From Kineococcus xinjiangensis (GTDB taxonomy: Bacteria; Actinomycetota; Actinomycetes; Actinomycetales; Kineococcaceae), in assembly GCF_002934625.1 (NCBI RefSeq), contig NZ_PTJD01000001.1, positions 445,041-509,040 on the forward strand: DNA of 64,000 nt. Direction: 5' to 3'. The translations under genes and the position numbers were made by a program. This document shows, piece after piece, positions 29,161-37,345 of this stretch. Numbering within the stretch: position 1 is the first letter of the stretch; every line of letters starts with the position of its first letter. The notes below the pieces were generated by a model. It did no database searches. It saw only the letters and a list, made by a program, of their open reading frames with translations, and was not told the DNA's origin.

Positions 29161-31152
29161 CCGATGAGCACCCCCGGCCCCACCGCCCCCGCCCACCTCG
29201 CGCGGGCCGTCGTCGAGCGCCTGCTCACCCCCGGCGCCCCGCCGTTCGCCCTGCTGCGCCGCCTGGACCCGGCGACGGGCTCCCCGGGTCCCGTGGAGGT
29301 CCTCACCGGCGAGGTCACGACGGTCGAGCGGCTCGCCGACGTCCCCCTGCCCGCCGGCGCCCCGCAGGACGGGCCGAGTCGCGACGCGCTCGCGCTCGTC
29401 CCGTTCCGCCAGCTCGCCGAGCGCGGCTTCGAGGTCCACGACGACGGCACCCCGCTGCGGGTGCTGCGCGTGCAGGAGTCTGTGGAGCTGCACGACCTCG
29501 ACGACCTGCTCTCCGCCCTGCCCGACGACGACGTGGACCTGCGCGACGTCGCCCCGAGCATGAGCGACGACGCCTACGCCGACGTGGTGCGCCGCATCCT
29601 CGCCGAGGAGATCGCCGAGGGCACCGGCGCGAACTTCGTGATCCGCCGCGACGTCGACGCACGCATCGACGGCTTCACCCCGCGCACCGCCCTGAGCCTC
29701 TTCCGCCGCCTGCTGGTGGCGGAGACGGGCGCGTACTGGACGTTCGTGGTCCACGTGCCGCCGGGCTCGGACGGCCCCGCGGGCCGGACCCTCGTCGGCG
29801 CCAGCCCCGAGGTGCACGTGCGGATGGCGCGCGGCGAGGTCGTGATGAACCCCATCTCCGGCACCTACCGCTATCCCGCGACCGGCCCGGACGCCGACGG
29901 GCTCGTGGAGTTCCTCACCGACCCCAAGGAGGTCGAGGAGCTGTTCATGGTGGTCGACGAGGAGCTGAAGATGATGTGCTCCGTCGGCGACCTCGGCGGC
30001 ACCGTCCACGGCCCCTACCTGCGGGAGATGGCCCACCTCGCGCACACCGAGTTCGAGCTGCGCGGACGCAGCACCCTCGACGCGCGGGAGGTGCTGCGGC
30101 AGACGATGTTCGCGGCCACCGTCACGGGCAGCCCGCTGGAGAGCGCCTGCCGGGTGATCCGCCGCTACGAGCCGTCGGGACGTGCCTACTACGCCGGCGC
30201 CCTGGCGCTGCTGGGCCGCGACGCCGACGGCGTGCAGACGCTGGACTCCCCCATCCTCATCCGCACCGCCGACGTCGCCGACGACGGCGCGGTGCGGGTC
30301 TCCGTGGGCGCCACCCTCGTGCGGGCCTCCGACCCCGCCGGCGAGGTCGCCGAGACCCACGCCAAGGCCGCCGGGGTGCTGCGCGCCCTCGGGGCGCTGC
30401 CGCCCGCACCGCAGAGCGGGCCCGCCGGGGCGCCGCCCGCCCGCCGGGTCCCCCTCGTCGCGGACCCGCGGGTGGCGTCGCTGCTGGCCTCCCGCCGCGA
30501 CCGGCTGGCGCCGTTCTGGCTCAACGCGCAGGCGCAGGAGCCGGGCGAGGTCCTCGGCGAGGTGCTCGTCGTGGACGCGGAGGACACGTTCACGGCGATG
30601 CTCGCGCACGTGCTCACCGCCGGCGGGCTGCCCTCGCGGGTGCTGCGCTTCGACGACCCCGGCCTGGACGCGGCGCTGGACGCGCACCGCGGCCTCGTCG
30701 TGCTCGGCCCTGGCCCCGGCGACCCCGAGGACTCGGGTGACACGCGGCTGCGGCGGCTGCAGGAGCTGGCAGCCAGGGTGTCGAAGGACGCCCGCTCCGG
30801 TGGCAACCCGCTGCTGGGGGTGTGCCTCGGCCACCAGCTGCTCTCCCGCACCCTCGGGCTCCCGCTGCGCCGCAAGGACGTCCCTTACCAGGGGCTGCAG
30901 GCGGAGGTGGACCTCTTCGGGCGCCGCGCGACGGTCGGCTTCTACAACTCGTTCACGGCGCGCGCCGACGCCGGGCGGCTGGCCGAACTGGCGGAGCGCG
31001 GCGTGGAGGTCTGCACCGGTCCCGGCGACGAGGTGGTGGCGGTGCGCGGGCAGGGGTTCGCGGGCATCCAGTTCCACCCCGAGTCCGTGCTGACCCTCGA
31101 CGGGCCCGGAGTGCTGCGCTCGGTGGTGGAGCCGCTGCTGCACCGGGTCTGA
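29161..31152 (+). CDS. fused chorismate-utilising enzyme / class-I glutamine amidotransferase (anthranilate synthase family; TrpE(G)/PhzE-like)
   Basis: The N-terminal roughly 430 aa is an MST-family chorismate-binding domain (SGTYRYPATG, MVVDEELKMMCSVGD, GRAYYAGALAL). The C-terminal roughly 200 aa is a GATase with a catalytic Cys (GVCLGHQ) and a His (IQFHPE). GGAG lies upstream of the ATG at 29161. Confidence 0.75.
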   Translation, partial: PMSTPGPTAPAHLARAVVERLLTPGAPPFALLRRLDPATGSPGPVEVLTGEVTTVERLADVPLPAGAPQDGPSRDALALVPFRQLAERGFEVHDDGTPLRVLRVQESVELHDLDDLLSALPDDDVDLRDVAPSMSDDAYADVVRRILAEEIAEGTGANFVIRRDVDARIDGFTPRTALSLFRRLLVAETGAYWTFVVHVPPGSDGPAGRTLVGASPEVHVRMARGEVVMNPISGTYRYPATGPDADGLVEFLTDPKEVEELFMVVDEELKMMCSVGDLGGTVHGPYLREMAHLAHTEFELRGRSTLDAREVLRQTMFAATVTGSPLESACRVIRRYEPSGRAYYAGALALLGRDADGVQTLDSPILIRTADVADDGAVRVSVGATLVRASDPAGEVAETHAKAAGVLRALGALPPAPQSGPAGAPPARRVPLVADPRVASLLASRRDRLAPFWLNAQAQEPGEVLGEVLVVDAEDTFTAMLAHVLTAGGLPSRVLRFDDPGLDAALDAHRGLVVLGPGPGDPEDSGDTRLRRLQELAARVSKDARSGGNPLLGVCLGHQLLSRTLGLPLRRKDVPYQGLQAEVDLFGRRATVGFYNSFTARADAGRLAELAERGVEVCTGPGDEVVAVRGQGFAGIQFHPESVLTLDGPGVLRSVVEPLLHRV

Positions 31153-31210
31153 CGCAACCCGGGCCTCTCGGGAGCAGTCCCTCGGCCCGCACGGGGTGAG
31201 GAACGAGCGA

Positions 31211-31247
31211 CGCGCGCCCCGGGTCCGACGGCACCCCGGGGCGCGCG
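31211..31247. terminator. perfect GC-rich hairpin between the convergent TrpE(G)-like and flotillin genes
   Basis: cgcgcgccccggg-tccgacggca-ccccggggcgcgcg, a 13-bp stem. Confidence 0.5.
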
Positions 31248-31252
31248 AGCGG

Positions 31253-32749
31253 TCACTGCTGTCCCGAACCCTCCATGCGGGCGGGGGCCCCGTCCAGGCC
31301 CTGCGGCGTGCTGCTGCTGAGGGAGTGCAGCATCTGGGTGACGTCGATGCCGGTGGTGCGCTTCAGGACCTCGAACGTCTCCTGCATGTTGGCGCCGACG
31401 GAGCGGCTGAGCGCACCCGCGCCGTCGTTGGAGATGACGGTCAGGTCCTTGATGTTGCCCAGCGGGCTGGCCAGGGCCTCCGCCACCTGGGGCAGCACCT
31501 CCAGCGCGCGCTGGGTGAGTGCCGCCTCCCCGAACTCCTTCAGCGCCTGCGCCTCCTTCTGCAGAGCCTCCGCCTTCGCGGTCCCGGTCGCGGAGATGGC
31601 CTCCGCCTGCGCCTGGCCCTCGAGGCGGACGGCGTTCGCGTCCGCGGTGCGCCGCTGCAGCTCGGCCTCCGCGGCGAGCCGGACGCGTGCGGCGTCCGCC
31701 TCGGCGGAGAGGCGGACCCGCTCGGCCTCGGCTCGTGCCGCGGCGACGGCGGCCTGCTGCTCGGCCTCGGCGGAGAGCACCCGGGCCGTCTTGTGGGCCA
31801 TGGCCTGCTGCTCGGCGTCGTAGCGGCGGGCGTCGGCCGGCTTGCGGACCTCGGTGTCGAGCATGCGCTCGGTCAGCTCCGCCTGGCGCTGCGCCACCCG
31901 CTCCTGCTCCTGGAGGACCTGCTGCTGCGCGGCGGCCTCGGCGAGGCGGCCGGCCGCGTCGGCCTCGGCCGCGGCCTTGTCCTGGTCGGCCTTGAACTGC
32001 GCCTGCTGCAGCGCCAGGTCGCGCTGCGCCTGCGCGATCTTGGCGTCGGACAGCGCCTTGGCCTGCTGCGCCTCCTGGGCGTTGTTGGCCTCGGCGATCT
32101 CGGCGGCCCGACGGGCGTTGGCAGCCTCGGGCCGGCCGAGGTCCTTGAGGTAGTTGCCGTCGTCGCTGACGTCCTGGATCTGCAGGGTGTCCAGGACGAG
32201 CCCCTGGTTGTTGAGGCTGGTCACCGCCTCCTCCTCCACCTGGCGGGCGAAGGCGACGCGGTCGCGGATGATCTCCTCGACGGTGAGGGTGCCGATCACG
32301 CCGCGCAGGCTGCCGGCGAGGACCTCCTGGGTGAACGGCTCGATCTCCTTCTGCTGGTGCAGGAACCGCTGCGAGGCGGCGCGCACCATGTCCTCGGTAC
32401 CGCCGACCTTGACGATGGCGACGCCGTCGACGTTGAGCCGGATCCCCTGGCGGGAGACGGCGCCGCGGATGGAGATGGGGATGCGCACGGAGGAGAGGGA
32501 GAGCCGGTGCGCCTGCTGGACCAGGGGCTTGACGAACACGCCGGCGCCCATGACGACCTTCTGCCCGGACAGGTCGGTGGTGACCTGGCCGGTCTGGGGG
32601 TTCGTGACCGGCCTTCCCTTCTTGCCGACGATGATCAGCGCCTCGGAGGGGCTGGCGATCTTGTAGCGCGTCTTGACCGCGATGATCGCGAGCAGGAGGA
32701 GGACGACGAGCGCCCCCGCTGCGACGGCGGCGTAGAGGAGTGTGTCCAT
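31253..32749 (-). CDS. flotillin / SPFH (band-7) domain protein (YqiK/FloT-like)
   Basis: An N-terminal TM helix is followed by an SPFH domain. A long Ala/Glu/Gln-rich coiled coil carries the EA repeats typical of flotillins. Confidence 0.85.
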   Translation of the reverse strand: MDTLLYAAVAAGALVVLLLLAIIAVKTRYKIASPSEALIIVGKKGRPVTNPQTGQVTTDLSGQKVVMGAGVFVKPLVQQAHRLSLSSVRIPISIRGAVSRQGIRLNVDGVAIVKVGGTEDMVRAASQRFLHQQKEIEPFTQEVLAGSLRGVIGTLTVEEIIRDRVAFARQVEEEAVTSLNNQGLVLDTLQIQDVSDDGNYLKDLGRPEAANARRAAEIAEANNAQEAQQAKALSDAKIAQAQRDLALQQAQFKADQDKAAAEADAAGRLAEAAAQQQVLQEQERVAQRQAELTERMLDTEVRKPADARRYDAEQQAMAHKTARVLSAEAEQQAAVAAARAEAERVRLSAEADAARVRLAAEAELQRRTADANAVRLEGQAQAEAISATGTAKAEALQKEAQALKEFGEAALTQRALEVLPQVAEALASPLGNIKDLTVISNDGAGALSRSVGANMQETFEVLKRTTGIDVTQMLHSLSSSTPQGLDGAPARMEGSGQQ

Positions 32750-33137
32750 CTCACATCACTTCCGGTGGGGAGGGATCGCGGATTCGTGCGGGGCGCTCAG
32801 TGCGGCGTCGTCCCGGGGCGCCGAGGAGGCAGTCGGCTGGTCTGCCCCCGGCGGGCAGGCCGGGGCGCGCGCTCGGAGAGCCTCCAGCGGCCGCTCGTCG
32901 AGGCGGTGCAGCGGGATCGGGAGACCGGGGATCCGCGGGTCGCGGCGAGGGCCGCGGTCGGGGTGGTTCACGTGGGCACCTGTTCTCGGGATCGGCGAAG
33001 TCGTTGCCGACCAGGCTTCCCGGCGCTCCAGGTGCTGAGAGTAGCGGTCGCGCGGTGGGCGTGGTAGCTCCGCGGCCGTGGTCGCGGCTCGGGCGTCACC
33101 CGCGCGGAGCAGCCCCGGTGCGGTGCCCGCACCGGGG

Positions 33138-35750
33138 TCACAGCCGGGGGTCGACCGGCTCCGACTCCAGCGCGAGGACCGCGAAGGCGCACTCGTGCAC
33201 CCGCCACAGCGGCTCTCCCGCCGCCGCGCGCTCCAGCGCCTCCAGCCCCAGGGCGTACTCCCGGCTCGCCAGGGACCGCTTGCGCCCCAGGTTCCGCTCC
33301 CGCAGCCGCTCCAGGTTCCCCGGCTCCGCGTAGTCGGGGCCGTAGACCAGCCGCAGGTAGTCCGGGCCGCGCACCTTCAGGCCCGGCTGGACGAGCCCCT
33401 TGCGGCCCCACACGAGGTTCGCGGCCGGCTTGACGACCATCCCCTCCCCGCCGGCCGCGGTCAGCTCCTCCCACCAGCGCACCCCCGCCGCCACGGAGGT
33501 CTCGTCCGTGACGTCGACGGCGAGGCGCCGCGTCCCGGCGAACGTGCCGGGATCGGTGTCGACGAGGCGGTCGGCCAGGCCCAGGTGCCAGGTGTGCGGC
33601 CGCTCCGCGAACGTCGCCCCGCCGGCGGCCAGCACCTGGAACGGCGCCAGCCGCACCCCGTCGAGGCCGTCGGTGGGCCAGCAGTAGCGGCGGTACGCCT
33701 CCCGGAACGCCGTCGCGTTGCCGGCCCGCGACGCCGTGCGCCCGAGCAGGTCCCCCACGTCGAGACCGCGGGCGGCGGCGCGCTCCAGCACACCGGTGGC
33801 GGCACTCAGCGCGTGCGTCGCCGCCGCTCCCACCGCGGCGTACTGCTCGCGCAGCAGTTCCTGCGCCTTGGCGTTCCACGGCAGCAGTTCCGCGTCCAGC
33901 AGCAGCCAGGGTGCGCCGAGCTCCTCGAACAGCCCCGCGCGCTCCGCCGCGGCGCGGACCCGCTCCACGAACGTCGCGGTGAGTTCCGGGGAGAAGAACG
34001 AGCGGCCGGTGCGCGTCCACACCGCCCCCAGCGCGTCGTCGGGCGCCCCGAAGCGGGACGCGGCCGTCGCGGCGTCCCGGCAGACGAGGGCGACCGCCCG
34101 GGAGCCCATGTGCTTCTCCTCGCACAGCACCGCGTCCACCCCGTCCGCGCGGTAGGAGTCGAAGGCCTGCTCCGGGTGCTCCAGCAGACCGGGCCGGGCC
34201 GACGTCGCGACCGGGCTCATCGTGGGTGGCAGGTGCAGCAGCCAGCGCGGGTCGACGGCGTAGCGGCTCATCACCTCAAGCGCGGCGGCGGCGTTCTCCT
34301 CGCGCACGGTGATCCGGCCGTGGTGGCGGGTCTCCACGACCCGGCGGCCGGTGACGTCGGACAGGTGCAGCACGTCGGGGTCGCGCACCACCGCGGCGGG
34401 TGGGGTGGGCCCGGCGCCCGGCTCCGCGGCGGCCACCGGGAACGGGCGGACCGGTTCGTAGTGCACGGCGCGCGCGGCGACGTCGACGAGTTCCCGCTCC
34501 GGCCAGCGCAGGGCGGTGAGGCTGCCACCGAAGACGCAACCGGTGTCCAGGCACATCGTGCGGTTGACCCACTCCGGCTGCGGCGTCGGTGTGTGGCCGT
34601 AGAGCACCGTCGCGGCGCCGCGGTAGTCCTGCGCCCACGGGTAGCGCACGGGCAGGCCGAACTCGTCCGTCTCCCCCGTCGTCTCGCCGTACAGGCAGAA
34701 CTCCCGGACCCGGCGGGAGGAGCGGTTGTGGTACCGCTCCGGCAGCCCCGCGTGGCAGACGACGAGGTTCCCGCCGTCGAGGACGAGGTGGGACACGAGG
34801 GAGTCGAGGAACGCCACGACCTCCGTGCGGAAACCCTCCTCCTCCGCCTCGAGCTGCTGCAGGGACTCCGCCAGCCCGTGCGTCAGCTGCACCCGGCTGC
34901 CGCGCAGCGCCCGAACCAGCTTCGCGTCGTGGTTGCCGGGGACGACGAGCGCGCTGCCCTCGGCGGCCATCCCCATCACGAGCCGCAGCACCCCCGGGGT
35001 GTCGGGCCCGCGGTCGACGAGGTCCCCCAGCAGAACGGCCCGGCGGCCCTCGGGGTGCGCGGCGCCCACCGGCCGGCCCTCGGCGTCGTGGCGCAGGACG
35101 TAGCCGAGGCGGGTGAGCAGCTCCTCCAGCTCCGCGCGGCAGCCGTGCACGTCGCCGACGACGTCGAACGGGCCGTGCTCGTCGCGGCGGTCCGTGAACA
35201 ACCGGGTCCGCTCGATGCGCGCCGCGTCGGCCTCCTCCTGCGAGCGCAGCACGTGGACGCGGCGGAACCCCTCCTTCTCCAGGCTCCGCAGGCCGCGCCG
35301 CAACTGGTCGCGCTGGCGCTTGAGCACCCCGGGGCCGAACTGCCGGTCGGGGCGGGCGGCGTTGCGCTCGGCGCAGACCCGCTCGGGCAGGTCGAGGACG
35401 ATCGCCGTCGGCAGCACGTCGTGCTCGCGGGCCAGCGCGACGAGCTTGCGGCGCGCGTCGGGCTGGACGTGGGTGGCGTCCACGACGGTGAGCAGGCCGC
35501 GCGCCAGGCGCTTGGCCGCCACGGCGAAGAGGACCTCGAACGCGTCCGCGGTGGCGGACTGGTCGTTCTCGTCGTTGGACACGAGCGCGCGGAAGGCGTC
35601 GCTGGAGAGCACCTCGGCGGGGCCGAACCTCGTCCTGGCGAACGTCGTCTTGCCGGAGCCGGTGACGCCGACGAGGGCGACGAGGCTGAGCTCGGGAACG
35701 TCGAGGTCGACGGTCCCGGGGGTCGTGCCGGGGGTCGTGTTGCCGGTCAT
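33138..35750 (-). CDS. pnkp: bacterial polynucleotide kinase-phosphatase Pnkp (RNA repair: 5' kinase, 2',3' phosphatase, ligase-like adenylyltransferase)
   Basis: 870 aa with the three-domain order of bacterial Pnkp. The kinase has the P-loop GVTGSGKTT. The calcineurin-like phosphatase has GDVHGC, GDLVDRG and GNHD. The C-terminal domain is a ligase-like nucleotidyltransferase. The ATG at 35750 overlaps the hen1 stop (ATGA). Confidence 0.85.
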   Translation of the reverse strand: MTGNTTPGTTPGTVDLDVPELSLVALVGVTGSGKTTFARTRFGPAEVLSSDAFRALVSNDENDQSATADAFEVLFAVAAKRLARGLLTVVDATHVQPDARRKLVALAREHDVLPTAIVLDLPERVCAERNAARPDRQFGPGVLKRQRDQLRRGLRSLEKEGFRRVHVLRSQEEADAARIERTRLFTDRRDEHGPFDVVGDVHGCRAELEELLTRLGYVLRHDAEGRPVGAAHPEGRRAVLLGDLVDRGPDTPGVLRLVMGMAAEGSALVVPGNHDAKLVRALRGSRVQLTHGLAESLQQLEAEEEGFRTEVVAFLDSLVSHLVLDGGNLVVCHAGLPERYHNRSSRRVREFCLYGETTGETDEFGLPVRYPWAQDYRGAATVLYGHTPTPQPEWVNRTMCLDTGCVFGGSLTALRWPERELVDVAARAVHYEPVRPFPVAAAEPGAGPTPPAAVVRDPDVLHLSDVTGRRVVETRHHGRITVREENAAAALEVMSRYAVDPRWLLHLPPTMSPVATSARPGLLEHPEQAFDSYRADGVDAVLCEEKHMGSRAVALVCRDAATAASRFGAPDDALGAVWTRTGRSFFSPELTATFVERVRAAAERAGLFEELGAPWLLLDAELLPWNAKAQELLREQYAAVGAAATHALSAATGVLERAAARGLDVGDLLGRTASRAGNATAFREAYRRYCWPTDGLDGVRLAPFQVLAAGGATFAERPHTWHLGLADRLVDTDPGTFAGTRRLAVDVTDETSVAAGVRWWEELTAAGGEGMVVKPAANLVWGRKGLVQPGLKVRGPDYLRLVYGPDYAEPGNLERLRERNLGRKRSLASREYALGLEALERAAAGEPLWRVHECAFAVLALESEPVDPRL

Positions 35751-37186
35751 GCCGCATCCCCTCCGTCCCGGGTGAACACCGCGATCTGGGTGGGCGGGCC
35801 GACCTCGGGATCGTCCGGTCCCGCGCCGGCGAACCGCACGCCGTAGCCGTGCTGGCCGGCCACGTCCGCCGCCCACCGGCGGAACTCCTCCCGCGTCCAC
35901 TCGAAGCGGTGGTCGGGGTGGCGGAAGCGCCCCGCGGGCAGCGACGGGAACCGCACGTTGTGCTCGGCGTTGGGCGTGGTGACCACGACCGTGCGGGGTG
36001 CCGTGAACGCGAAGACGCTGCGCTGCAACGCAGGCAGCCGGGACGGTTCGACGTGCTCCACCACCTCCACGAGGACCGCCGCGTCGAGGCCCGCGAGGCG
36101 GTCGTCTCGGTACGTCAGCGACGTCTGCAGCAGCGCCAGTCGCTCGCGCTGCCGCTGCGGCATCCGGTCCAGGCGCAGCCGCCGCTCCGCGCCCGCCAGC
36201 GCCCGGGAGGAGACGTCGGCCGCGACGATCCGGGTGAACGCCGGATCGGCGAGCAGCTCCGCGACGAGGGCGCCCTCCCCGCAGCCGAGGTCCGCGACCC
36301 GCCGGGCACCGGCCTGCCGCAGCAGTTCCACGACGACGGCGCGGCGCTGAGCCGCGAGGCTCGGCCTCGCGACGGCCGCCGCGGCCTCCTCCGCGGCACG
36401 CAGGACGGCGGCCTCCCCCAGCGCGTCGGGGTCGTCGCCGCCGCCGAGCAGGTCCAGCGCCTCCGAGGCCAGGGACCGCTGGCGGGCGAGGTAGCGGTGG
36501 CTGATGAGTTCCCGCTCGGGGTGGGTCTCCAGCCATCCGGAGCCCACCCGCAGGAGCTTCTCCACCTCCTCCGCACCCACCCAGTAGTGCTTGGCGTCGT
36601 CGAGCACGGGCAGCAGGACGTAGAGGTGGCTCAGCGCGTCGGCCAGGCGCACGGTCCCGCGCAGCCGCAGGTCGACGTACGGGGACGCCCCCCAGGAGGG
36701 CACCTCCTCGTCCAGGGGGAGTTCGCGCGCGTCGACGTCCCAGCCCAGCGGCGCGAACAGCCGGCGCACCAGCTCCGCCCCGCCGTCCGGGCCGCCGCGG
36801 CAGGGCAGCACGGGCAGGCGCACCTGGAGCGGGAGCGCGGCGGCGGCCAGGGCCGGGCGGCTGGTGCAGCGCCCGGCGAGCGCGGTGCGGAACACCGAGG
36901 CGATCGCGACGGCCAGCAGGCTGGACGCGGCGTAGGGGCGGTCGTTGACGTGCTGGTGGAGCGCGAACCCCTCGCCGCCCCTCGCGCCCCGCACCAGTGC
37001 CACCGGGTCCACCTCCAGCAGCAGGGCGGCGGTGCAGCGCTCGGGCGTGGCCTCGGGGTAGACCACGTGGGCGGTGCCGCTGGCGAGCGGGGTCGCCTGC
37101 GGGCGGTCCGGGTGCTTGTGCAGGAGGTGCCCGAGGTCCGTGGCCGGCCGCTCGGGCGTTCCCGTGGTGGTGAGGGTGAGGAGCAC
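35747..37186 (-). CDS. hen1: bacterial Hen1 RNA 3'-terminal ribose 2'-O-methyltransferase
   Basis: The N-terminus has the Hen1 signature LLTLTTTG...ATDLGHLLHKHP. The C-terminus has the SAM methyltransferase motif I (VADLGCGEG) and the HEH/metal-binding region (EVVEHVE). I place the start at GTG 37186. The longer ORF upstream has no Hen1-like sequence. Confidence 0.8.
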   Translation of the reverse strand: MLLTLTTTGTPERPATDLGHLLHKHPDRPQATPLASGTAHVVYPEATPERCTAALLLEVDPVALVRGARGGEGFALHQHVNDRPYAASSLLAVAIASVFRTALAGRCTSRPALAAAALPLQVRLPVLPCRGGPDGGAELVRRLFAPLGWDVDARELPLDEEVPSWGASPYVDLRLRGTVRLADALSHLYVLLPVLDDAKHYWVGAEEVEKLLRVGSGWLETHPERELISHRYLARQRSLASEALDLLGGGDDPDALGEAAVLRAAEEAAAAVARPSLAAQRRAVVVELLRQAGARRVADLGCGEGALVAELLADPAFTRIVAADVSSRALAGAERRLRLDRMPQRQRERLALLQTSLTYRDDRLAGLDAAVLVEVVEHVEPSRLPALQRSVFAFTAPRTVVVTTPNAEHNVRFPSLPAGRFRHPDHRFEWTREEFRRWAADVAGQHGYGVRFAGAGPDDPEVGPPTQIAVFTRDGGDAA

Positions 37187-37345
37187 CGGTCCACACCACC
37201 ACAACGGGGGCCGGATGCGCGCGGGGGTTTCGGTGTCGGCCGGGACGGACCGCAGCGCACCTCCTGCGTCGGTCGTCCCCGTGTGGTACCCACGAGTGTG
37301 GGTGATGCTCAGGACCGGCGCGGACGCCCGGTGCCCCCGGTCCTC

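Noticed and set aside
32756-32971. 71-aa minus-strand ORF upstream of flotillin (possible NfeD-like partner)
   Set aside because: It has no TM segment or NfeD-like OB-fold sequence and is Pro/Arg-rich. It is probably non-coding leader of the flotillin gene.
35849-37345. 5' 1.5 kb of the 1,206-aa plus-strand ORF containing the GGDEF-EAL protein
   Set aside because: This part is antisense to hen1 and has no PAS/GGDEF similarity. The real gene probably starts near 37346.
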